Of a stretch of 64,000 nt of DNA, positions 49,537-57,735 are shown in pieces. Position numbers and translations under genes: made by a program. Location of the stretch: positions 20,025-84,024 of the forward strand of contig CALKCL010000015.1 in assembly GCA_938082545.1 (NCBI GenBank), given 5' to 3'. The first letter of the stretch is position 1; each line of letters starts with the position of its first letter. This DNA is from an uncultured Gammaproteobacteria bacterium (GTDB taxonomy: Bacteria > Pseudomonadota > Gammaproteobacteria > Ga0077536). The notes below the pieces were generated by a model that searched no databases, was not told the DNA's origin, and saw only the letters and a list, made by a program, of their open reading frames with translations.

Positions 49537-50412
49537 ATGATCTACGATGTCCCCAAAGTTAGTGCGGGCGGAGACCGATATTTACTAGTCGAGTTTGGGA
49601 ATGAAATGAACTTAGACTTGAACTTTAAAGCGCAAGGATTGGCTAACGCTCTCACTGGGGAAGATCGAATCAATGGTGTGATCGAGACGGCGCCCTGTTT
49701 TGCAACTACACTTGTGCATTATGATCCCGATTTAATCTCCTATTCTGACTTGAAGGTTGAATTGCTAAGACTATTCGAATCTTTGGGTTCTAGTGATGAT
49801 ATAGAAGTCGATAGTCGTCTTTTTTACTTTCCCACACTCTATTTAGATCCATGGACTACTGACTGCATAAATGACTATCGTGACAAAATCAATCCGGAAA
49901 AAGAGCAAGATCCAGAATTTGTCGCTCGAATAAATGGGCTTAGCGATGTTCGTCAATTGGTGCGCGTGCATTCCGGGTCAGAGTATTGGGCTGCGAGTCT
50001 TGGGTTTTGGCCTGGCCTCGCCTTTATGATGCCGCTAGATCCAAGATGTAGGTTGACTGCACCAAAATATAATCCTCCTCGTACTTGGACTCCTCAAGGG
50101 GCTGTATCTATGGGTGGGATGTCCACTGCGATTTATCCTGTACCTAGTCCTGGGGGGTACCAGTTGTTTGGTAGAACTCCAGTGCCTATTTGGGATCCTC
50201 AAAAAACATTTCCCGAGTTTGAAGGAGACCTTTGTATATTTCGTCCGGGAGATCGAATTAAATATGTTCCTTGTTCAAAGGAAGAATATCTAGAGGTCGA
50301 GCGGCAGGTAACGGAAGGAAGTTTTAAATTCAACATAGTCGATTATCAGCGCTTCTCTGTAGGGAATTATAAGCGCTGGGTCGCTTCGCTAGACTTAACG
50401 AGTAGGTTTTGA
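49537..50412 (+). CDS. pxpB: 5-oxoprolinase subunit B / allophanate hydrolase subunit 1 (KipI family)
   Basis: The pattern ...GDRYLLVEFG...IETAPCFATTLVHYDP... fits, and it pairs with the following KipA-family gene. Confidence 0.75.
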   Translation: MIYDVPKVSAGGDRYLLVEFGNEMNLDLNFKAQGLANALTGEDRINGVIETAPCFATTLVHYDPDLISYSDLKVELLRLFESLGSSDDIEVDSRLFYFPTLYLDPWTTDCINDYRDKINPEKEQDPEFVARINGLSDVRQLVRVHSGSEYWAASLGFWPGLAFMMPLDPRCRLTAPKYNPPRTWTPQGAVSMGGMSTAIYPVPSPGGYQLFGRTPVPIWDPQKTFPEFEGDLCIFRPGDRIKYVPCSKEEYLEVERQVTEGSFKFNIVDYQRFSVGNYKRWVASLDLTSRF

Positions 50413-50424
50413 GGTGAGTTACTA

Positions 50425-51402
50425 ATGATTAGTGTTATTGAGGCTGGGCTTGAAACTTCGATCCAAGACTGGCCGGGAAGAGTAGGATTTTATAATAAGG
50501 GTTTTCCTCCATCAGGCCCTCTAGATTCTTGGTCTTTTAGATTGGCCAATATTTTGGTTGGCAATGAAGAAGGGTTCGCGGCCTTGGAATGTCAGTTCAT
50601 GGGGCCTACTTTGAAATTTGACAGGGATATAGTCGTCGCCATAACTGGCGCCGATATGCAGGCGAAGGTAAATGGACAGACGTGCCCTCTTTGGGAAAGC
50701 TTTACAGTATACGCAGGGCAATCAATTGAAATGTCCTATGCAATATCGGGTGCGAGGAGTTACATTGCTTTTTGTGGCGGAATTGCTGCAGAGCCGACTT
50801 TGGGTTCGCGATCTACATTTGCTGCAGCTGGGGTTGGCGGCCTTACCGGAAATGCTTTAAAAATAGGAGATATTTTGCCTGTAGAACCTGGTCATGGGGA
50901 AGCGGGTCGAAAAATTCCGTTAGTTGCGCGTCCTCATATAGAACAGCAACTGACTTGGGAGGTGGAGGCGGTAGCTGGTCCCAACGATGACTGGATAGAT
51001 CAGCAAGGGCATGACCGATTTTTATCTTCAGAGTGGCGAGTTTCTGCAAAAAGTAACCGGATGGGAATGAGGTTAGAGGGTCCAGATTGGACGTTTACAA
51101 ATAAAGCTTACGACAAACTCCCAGAAAACGGATCAGAGCCAGCAAACATCATCGATCATGGCTATCCTATCGGTGCAGTTAATCTAGCCGGCCAGACACC
51201 CATAATTCTATTAAATGACGGTCCTAGTATGGGAGGGTTTATTAATCCCTATACCGTGCCGCAGTGTGCTCTATGGAAACTTGGTCAAGCTAGACCAGGA
51301 GAGACTTTTAGATTTAAATCTATTTCAGTGGAAGAAGCCCAGTTGAGAGCACGACAAATAAATACTCTATGTAAGGACTGTCAGGTGAATTCTGTTAAGT
51401 AA
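50425..51402 (+). CDS. pxpC: 5-oxoprolinase subunit C / allophanate hydrolase subunit 2 (KipA family)
   Basis: GLETSIQDWPGR...SNRMGMRLEG...GAVNLAGQTPIIL pattern, 325 aa. Confidence 0.75.
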   Translation: MISVIEAGLETSIQDWPGRVGFYNKGFPPSGPLDSWSFRLANILVGNEEGFAALECQFMGPTLKFDRDIVVAITGADMQAKVNGQTCPLWESFTVYAGQSIEMSYAISGARSYIAFCGGIAAEPTLGSRSTFAAAGVGGLTGNALKIGDILPVEPGHGEAGRKIPLVARPHIEQQLTWEVEAVAGPNDDWIDQQGHDRFLSSEWRVSAKSNRMGMRLEGPDWTFTNKAYDKLPENGSEPANIIDHGYPIGAVNLAGQTPIILLNDGPSMGGFINPYTVPQCALWKLGQARPGETFRFKSISVEEAQLRARQINTLCKDCQVNSVK

Positions 51403-51414
51403 GCTGATGGAGCT

Positions 51415-52893
51415 CTAACCGTTTAGCTTTAAGTTTTTACGGGCCAGGGAGAGTGCTTTAAATATCGCCTGACCTTTGTTTATAGTTTCTTCCCATTCCA
51501 TCTCTGGAACAGAATCCGCAACTATCCCGCATCCAGCTTGCACATATAGTTGACTGTCTTTAATTACTGCGGTCCGGATAGCAATGGCCGTATCCATTTC
51601 TCCACGCCAAGACAAGTAACCTATCGCCCCTCCGTATATCCCTCGTCTCACGGGCTCTAATTCGTCAATAATTTCTAGGGCTCGGATCTTGGGCGCACCA
51701 GACAAGGTTCCGACTGGTAGCGTAGCTTTAAGAACATCCATAGAGGTCTTTCCCGACTTTAGTGTGCCTTCTACTGTAGATGAAATATGCATAACGTGGG
51801 AGTATCTTTCAATTGCCATTTTTTGTGTAACTTTAACGCTACCCGTTTTTGCAATACGTCCAATGTCGTTTCTGCCAAGGTCAATGAGCATAAGATGCTC
51901 AGCTAATTCCTTTGGATCGGAAAGCAGTTCTTTTTCCAATTCGAGATCTTCTTTTTCGTTGCTTCCTCGAGGTCTAGTACCTGCTAGAGGTCTCGTTGTT
52001 ACAGTATTATTCTCGACGCGAACAAGTATTTCAGGAGAAGATCCCACAATTTGAAAATCCTCAAAGTCGAAATAATAGAGGTAAGGAGAAGGGTTTAGAT
52101 GCCTTAACGCTCGATAGATATCAAGTGGGTTAACATCGATCGGCGTTGACATCCTTTGAGCAAGTACCACTTGCATAACGTCCCCATCGATAATGTATTT
52201 TTTTACTTTTTCGACGGCAACTAAAAACTCCGTCTTATCGAATTCAGATTTTGGTGTGACATCCTTTGAGGAATGCTGGCCGCTTGATTGCGGGTTGGTT
52301 GGAATCCCTTGGTCAAGCAAGATCTCTAGTTCATCGAGTTCTTCTTCAGCCGATTCCGCCGCTTTTTGATTCCCTTTTGCCACATATTTCACTATCAACA
52401 TCTCACCTTTTAAGCTGTCGAATACTATGAAGTTATCGACTTGTAGAAGGTATATATCTGGTAAATTAAGAGGGTCAGGTGGACTGGTGTTCGCCAGCTT
52501 TGGTTCAACATATCTCATTGTGTCGTAACCGAAATAACCGACAAGTCCACCACAAAATCTTGGTAGATCACCTATCGGCGGTGAGAATTGTGAATGGTAT
52601 CCTTCGATAAATGAGAGTGGATCCTCGCAGGTATGGCGCTCAACTTTTTCACCTTTGTGCCAAAGGGTGATATCAAGTCCGTTGACGGTAAGGTGTCTAG
52701 GGCTTGGTAATCCGATAATAGAGTACCTTCCCCATTTTTCTCCACCTTCAACTGACTCTAGAAGAAAAGAATTTTTCCCCAAGGCTAATTTCGTATATAT
52801 GCTTAGGGGCGTATCGAGATCGGAAAGCACTCTTCGAGTTATGGGGACTCGTAGGTAAGTACTTGATTTTCCTTTTGAGTATGAGCTTTTCAC
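51415..52893 (-). CDS. trpE: anthranilate synthase component I
   Basis: LLESVEGGEKWGRYS, SPEILVRV, RPLAGTRPRG and GAPKIRALEII..E...RGIYGGAIGY. Confidence 0.93.
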   Translation of the reverse strand: MKSSYSKGKSSTYLRVPITRRVLSDLDTPLSIYTKLALGKNSFLLESVEGGEKWGRYSIIGLPSPRHLTVNGLDITLWHKGEKVERHTCEDPLSFIEGYHSQFSPPIGDLPRFCGGLVGYFGYDTMRYVEPKLANTSPPDPLNLPDIYLLQVDNFIVFDSLKGEMLIVKYVAKGNQKAAESAEEELDELEILLDQGIPTNPQSSGQHSSKDVTPKSEFDKTEFLVAVEKVKKYIIDGDVMQVVLAQRMSTPIDVNPLDIYRALRHLNPSPYLYYFDFEDFQIVGSSPEILVRVENNTVTTRPLAGTRPRGSNEKEDLELEKELLSDPKELAEHLMLIDLGRNDIGRIAKTGSVKVTQKMAIERYSHVMHISSTVEGTLKSGKTSMDVLKATLPVGTLSGAPKIRALEIIDELEPVRRGIYGGAIGYLSWRGEMDTAIAIRTAVIKDSQLYVQAGCGIVADSVPEMEWEETINKGQAIFKALSLARKNLKLNG

Positions 52894-52896
52894 CAG

Positions 52897-54435
52897 CTAG
52901 GGCACCTTACGTTTGACGCTAAAATCATGGTTGTTTTTTACTGATTTTCTTTTACCATTAAACCAGAGAGAAAGTAGAATTGTAACGCTGAGGTTGGGTC
53001 CTAGCGCAATTATACCTGGGTGAAAACCAAAAACTTTGCCATTAGTAACAAACGATAAATTACCAAAAGCCATAATTAAAGCTAATGTGACACCAACTAT
53101 CAGGCCAGCTATGACCGCTCGGCCGTCGAGCTGTTTCCAATTTATGCCCACAATAAAAGCAGGAACTAACTGCAAGAGCATATCGAGTTTTCGATCAAGG
53201 AGTTGAACCAATGATGATTTATCCTGAAGTGTTATTGCTAAAACAACCAGAAAAACGAGCATGAGGCAAGACAGAGCTTTGCCTAAACGTGTGAGTTCTT
53301 CTTCCGACAGACTTTGAGGAAAGAGTTGAGCGAAAACATCCTTGGTGAGCATGGACGATAGCGAGAGCAAGGCAGAGTCAGCTGTCGACATCATCGCGGC
53401 AAGAATTGCAGAAAGAATGAGGACTACCAGCATGTTGCCGAGTGCAGAGTGTAGCTGCACTTCCCTAAGCACCTGACCAAAAATTTGATCGGATGAAGCG
53501 CCTTCAAGACCAGGAAGATAGGCTAGAGCCATAATGCCCGCGATCAAAGAAATAAGCATTGTGGGTATAGGCATGAAAGCCATTAAAGTCATGCTACGTT
53601 TTAGCGTTTTCAGGGAACTTGCTGCATAGATTCTTTGTATCGCTTGAGGGTAGAGGCATATACCAAAACCAACAGCGAATATGTAGGATAGCCACTGGCG
53701 ACACTGGTCAGTCGATGGGACTAAGACTTTTCGTGAGCCAGTAGTTAAATCGACATACATTAGCATTTGGGTTGCTTTTCCAAGAGAACCAAAGCGGTCG
53801 AACAACATCACTATTAAGACTGCGAAGCCAATCATTAGCACACCGCCTTGCAGTGCATCGGTCCATACAACCGCGCGCATACCCCCCAAGGTACCGTAGG
53901 CGAGCATGATGAGTGCAAGAATAATAACCCCTACATTATAAGAGGTTGCCCCTGATTCAGGATTAAGCCCCTGCATAGCTCGTCCCATAGCCATTAATTG
54001 TGCTAATAAGAAATTAGCAAGCACCGCTACCATTACAAGAGTGACAAGAAGCACCAATAATTTATTTTGATATCGGTTATTTATATAATCTCCGGGTGTT
54101 AAGAACCCATTTTTTTTTGCCAGTAAATGTAGCTTAGGAGCGAATAGAAGATAGACGACAATTACAGCGGTCATGAAGTGTAAGCTCACGATCCATGCGT
54201 ACCCTATCCGATAGGTGGCTCCGGTAAAAGCAAAGAATGTATTTCCACTATATTGAGTGGCGAACAGAGTCATAAATAACATTAGAGTCCCGAATCCGTT
54301 CCCGGCTAAGTAGAAATCCCGCATTGTATTTTCGGTTCTGGCTTTTTTTGCAATCCAACCTATTAGTAGAAGAGAACCTAGGTAACAGCTGACAAAAAGC
54401 CATGCTCCTAAACTTAAAGGGACGAGATTATTCAT
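52897..54435 (-). CDS. sodium:solute symporter (SSS family)
   Basis: About 13 TM segments with an SSS-like pattern. I take the start at ATG 54435 (MNNLVPLSLG...), which overlaps the stop of the DUF3311-like gene in the usual coupled arrangement. Confidence 0.8.
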   Translation of the reverse strand: MNNLVPLSLGAWLFVSCYLGSLLLIGWIAKKARTENTMRDFYLAGNGFGTLMLFMTLFATQYSGNTFFAFTGATYRIGYAWIVSLHFMTAVIVVYLLFAPKLHLLAKKNGFLTPGDYINNRYQNKLLVLLVTLVMVAVLANFLLAQLMAMGRAMQGLNPESGATSYNVGVIILALIMLAYGTLGGMRAVVWTDALQGGVLMIGFAVLIVMLFDRFGSLGKATQMLMYVDLTTGSRKVLVPSTDQCRQWLSYIFAVGFGICLYPQAIQRIYAASSLKTLKRSMTLMAFMPIPTMLISLIAGIMALAYLPGLEGASSDQIFGQVLREVQLHSALGNMLVVLILSAILAAMMSTADSALLSLSSMLTKDVFAQLFPQSLSEEELTRLGKALSCLMLVFLVVLAITLQDKSSLVQLLDRKLDMLLQLVPAFIVGINWKQLDGRAVIAGLIVGVTLALIMAFGNLSFVTNGKVFGFHPGIIALGPNLSVTILLSLWFNGKRKSVKNNHDFSVKRKVP

Positions 54436-54613
54436 CAGGCGCGCCAGCTTTCGAATGCAAGGCAATAGCCGTAACGATAGAAGCTAGGATGGAAACGACA
54501 ATTGAGCTGATGACCCAGCCAGGAAATCCCATCCAGACTAGCGTGCTATCTGCAGGCCAATACCAAGGGATACCCAAGCAAAGTAAAATCAAATATATTA
54601 AAAGAAGGCCCAT
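54428..54613 (-). CDS. DUF3311-like small membrane protein (SSS accessory)
   Basis: 61 aa with two TM segments and a WYWP motif. It is overlap-coupled upstream of an SSS transporter, as is typical for this family. Confidence 0.65.
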   Translation of the reverse strand: MGLLLIYLILLCLGIPWYWPADSTLVWMGFPGWVISSIVVSILASIVTAIALHSKAGAPDE

Positions 54614-54633
54614 TCGTAAATTAAAAACAGGGC

Positions 54634-55818
54634 TTAATGAGCTTTCTTAAGTGTCTTCATCGCTCGTTCAAGGCCGTCTATAGTAAGGGGGAACATGCGA
54701 TCTGAGAGTAACTCTTTTATCATGCCAATCGAGGGGATATGGCCCCAGTACTCCTCTGGTTGAGGATTGATCCATACAGCATAAGGAAATATCGCTAACA
54801 ATCTTGCGATCCATGTAGCGCCGGCTTCTTCATTCCAATGTTCAACGCTGCCCCCGGCATTCATTATTTCGTAAGGGCTCATCGTCGCGTCACCTACAAA
54901 CACTATTTTATGATCAGCTCCGTATGTCCTCATTAATTGTTGTGTTGGTATTTTAGCGTGGAAGCGCATCGTATTGTCTTTCCAAACCGTCTCATATAAA
55001 AAGTTATGAAAGTAGTGATATTCTAAATGCTTAAACTCAGTTTTTGCTGCTGAAAAAAGTTCTTCACAGACCTTCACATAAGGATCCATAGAGCCGCCCA
55101 CATCCAGAAATAGCAACATTTTTGTAGCATTACGTTTTTCGGCTACCATTTTTATATCGAGTAAGCCCGAGTTTCGCGCGGTGGAATTTATAGTATCGTC
55201 GAGATCAAGTTCATCTTGAGCACCTTCTCGCGCAAACTTTCTAAGTCTACGGAGGGCAAGCTTAATATTTCTGGTGCCGAGTTCTACGTTGTCGTCTAGG
55301 TTTCGATACTCTCTCTTATCCCACACTTTAACCGCACGACCATGCCTTCCTTTCTCTTGGCCTATCCTAACCCCTTCGGGGTTATAGCCATCCGCACCAA
55401 ATGGCGATGTGCCCCCAGTGCCAATCATTTTACTTCCACCTTGATGTTTTTTCTTCTGTTCCTCAAGACGCTTTTTAAGCGTCTCCATGAGCTTGTCCCA
55501 GCCGCCTAGAGCTTCAATTTCTGCTTTCTCTTCCTCGGTGAGATGGAGTTTTTTGTGGGCTTGAAGCCACTCTAAAGGGATATCCCCTATAATTTCGTCG
55601 AAGAGCATCTCCTGCCCTTTGAAATGCTCTCCAAAAACCTGATCGAACCGATCAAAAAAACGCTCATCTTTGATTAGACATGTACGCGCCAAATAATAAA
55701 AATTATCGACACTATAGTCCGCAATTTTTGCTTCAAGGCCCCCTAGTAAAGTCATCCACTCAGTAATGGTGACAGGGATCTGAACCTTTCGGAGCTTGTA
55801 AAATAAATCAGTTAGCAC
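54634..55818 (-). CDS. vWA (CoxE-like) domain protein, partner of the MoxR ATPase
   Basis: The C-terminal vWA core reads LLFLDVGGSMD.... I take the start at GTG 55818 (VLTDLFYKLRKV...), which overlaps the ATPase stop by 11 nt. The ORF-track start at 55887 lies inside the ATPase gene. Confidence 0.7.
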   Translation of the reverse strand: MLTDLFYKLRKVQIPVTITEWMTLLGGLEAKIADYSVDNFYYLARTCLIKDERFFDRFDQVFGEHFKGQEMLFDEIIGDIPLEWLQAHKKLHLTEEEKAEIEALGGWDKLMETLKKRLEEQKKKHQGGSKMIGTGGTSPFGADGYNPEGVRIGQEKGRHGRAVKVWDKREYRNLDDNVELGTRNIKLALRRLRKFAREGAQDELDLDDTINSTARNSGLLDIKMVAEKRNATKMLLFLDVGGSMDPYVKVCEELFSAAKTEFKHLEYHYFHNFLYETVWKDNTMRFHAKIPTQQLMRTYGADHKIVFVGDATMSPYEIMNAGGSVEHWNEEAGATWIARLLAIFPYAVWINPQPEEYWGHIPSIGMIKELLSDRMFPLTIDGLERAMKTLKKAH

Positions 55819-56665
55819 GGTTTCTTCTTGACATAAAAACAAGACGTTCAAACAAATGAACGTCTTGTTCGTTCTTAAGAAGAGCACCGTACAGCTTAGG
55901 AATAGCTTTTCCTGTGTCTTTGTCTCTTAGGGTTTCGGGGGGAATGTCATCTGCTACAAGCAGTTTAATCCAGTCTAGTAACTCAGAAGTAGAAGGTCTC
56001 TTTTTAAGCCCGGGTAGATCTCTTAGCTCGAAAAAACAGCTTAACGCTTCCGCTAGCAGACGTTTCTTTACGTCTGGATAGTGAACCGCAACAATCGCCT
56101 CCATCGTAGTAGGCTCAGGGAAAGCGATATAGTGGAAGAAGCATCTTCTTAGGAATGCATCTGGGAGCTCTTTTTCATTATTACTTGTGATAATAATAAT
56201 TGGCCTATTACGCGCTTTAACTGTCTTTTTAGTTTCATATACAAAGAATTCCATCCTATCAAGTTCTTGTAGTAAGTCATTTGGAAACTCGATATCTGCT
56301 TTGTCTATTTCGTCTATCAGCAGAACGACTTGTTCTTCCGCTTCAAATGCTTCCCAAAGTTTCCCTTTTACAATGTAGTTAGAGATATCGTGGACTGCTT
56401 CTTCCCCTAGCTGCGAATCTCTCAGCCGTGCTACAGCATCATACTCATAGAGACCTTGTGCTGCTTTTGTTGTCGATTTAATGTGCCATTGAATTAGCTT
56501 TTTCCCGAGAGATGCGGCAACCTCTTCCGCTAACATGGTTTTTCCCGTTCCAGGTTCCCCCTTGATGATCAGAGGTTTTTCAAGCGTAATAGCAGCGTTC
56601 ACGGCCATCATTAGGTCTTCAGTTACAATATAGTTATCAGTCCCTTCAAAGCGTTTTTTTGTCAT
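55808..56665 (-). CDS. MoxR-like AAA+ ATPase
   Basis: IKGEPGTGKTMLA (Walker A) and VLLIDEIDKA (Walker B), 285 aa. Confidence 0.88.
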   Translation of the reverse strand: MTKKRFEGTDNYIVTEDLMMAVNAAITLEKPLIIKGEPGTGKTMLAEEVAASLGKKLIQWHIKSTTKAAQGLYEYDAVARLRDSQLGEEAVHDISNYIVKGKLWEAFEAEEQVVLLIDEIDKADIEFPNDLLQELDRMEFFVYETKKTVKARNRPIIIITSNNEKELPDAFLRRCFFHYIAFPEPTTMEAIVAVHYPDVKKRLLAEALSCFFELRDLPGLKKRPSTSELLDWIKLLVADDIPPETLRDKDTGKAIPKLYGALLKNEQDVHLFERLVFMSRRNRAN

Positions 56666-56802
56666 GATTTGCTACTTTATATTTTGTATGATTAACAGCG
56701 AGTTATGAATAGTTTAAAGGATGTCGGTACGTTTCCCAAACATTAATGCTTTTGCACTCTTCTGTGTCCCGTCGTCTTGACTATGGAGGTGTTCAGGGTT
56801 AA

Positions 56803-57009
56803 TTAAGCATTTAAGTCGGGAATCAACTTGCTTTTTAAACGCTCAATTTGGTCCTTCAGTCTTAATTTTCTTACTTTCATTCGCTTGATAAGTAGTTGGT
56901 CTCTCTGCTTGGCAGATACGACAGTCTCGATAGCGAGGTCTAGATCTCGATGCTCAGTTTCTAAATTATAAAGAGCATCATGTAATCTGTTGGCCTCACC
57001 CTCATTCAT
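56803..57009 (-). CDS. DUF465 (YdcH-like) small coiled-coil protein
   Basis: 68 aa with the pattern ...LETEHRDLDLAI...LKRMKVRKLRLKDQI. Confidence 0.65.
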   Translation of the reverse strand: MNEGEANRLHDALYNLETEHRDLDLAIETVVSAKQRDQLLIKRMKVRKLRLKDQIERLKSKLIPDLNA

Positions 57010-57033
57010 CTTTATTGTAACTATGTCCCACGC

Positions 57034-57516
57034 CTAGTCGCGAAAATTTTTGAACTGTAAAGGATAAGTTTGCTCACTTTCTTTGACAGCGCTAATTGCA
57101 TCTTGCAGTACATTTCGGCTTTTCCCCGTTACCCTAAGTTGTTCATCTTGCATTTGTGCCTGTACTTTAAGTTTAGATTTCTTGATTATTTTGATCAGGT
57201 CGCGTCCTAAATCTTTATCGATACCCTCTCTTGTTAAAATGTGCTGTCTGGTCTCACTTAGGTTAGAGGTTAACGCTTTTAGCTCTAGGCAGTTCACATC
57301 AATTCCTCTCTTTACTAGCTTAGACTGCAATATTTCTAACATTTGTCGTGTCTGGAACTCAGCTTCTGCAATCAATACGATTTCACTATCATTGTATTCA
57401 ACCTTTACTTTTTTACCCTTAAAATCAAAGCGTGTTGCTAGTTCGCGGTTGGCTTGATCTACTGCATTTTTTAGTTCTTGTTTATCGAATGCAGACACGA
57501 TATCGAAACTTGGCAT
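57034..57516 (-). CDS. yajQ: YajQ-family nucleotide (cyclic-di-GMP) binding protein
   Basis: MPSFDIVS...ELKNAVDQANRE..TRFDFKG. The start is at the third Met of the ORF-track ORF. Confidence 0.88.
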   Translation of the reverse strand: MPSFDIVSAFDKQELKNAVDQANRELATRFDFKGKKVKVEYNDSEIVLIAEAEFQTRQMLEILQSKLVKRGIDVNCLELKALTSNLSETRQHILTREGIDKDLGRDLIKIIKKSKLKVQAQMQDEQLRVTGKSRNVLQDAISAVKESEQTYPLQFKNFRD

Positions 57517-57735
57517 GAACACTGACCTCTTAATTACGCTTATTGCCTATTATCTGTTAACTGTTAGAAACAATCATCTAGTTGGCTTAAGGTATGATAT
57601 TTTTATCGCTCAGATGCTTTAATGTACCGATAAATTGTTTCCCTTTTGAAGGTGTTAACATTGCTCACCTAGACTGTGGTTTCTAGTTTTAGATTATTTT
57701 GTACCCCGATTAACATAAAGTTTAAGGTAAATTAA

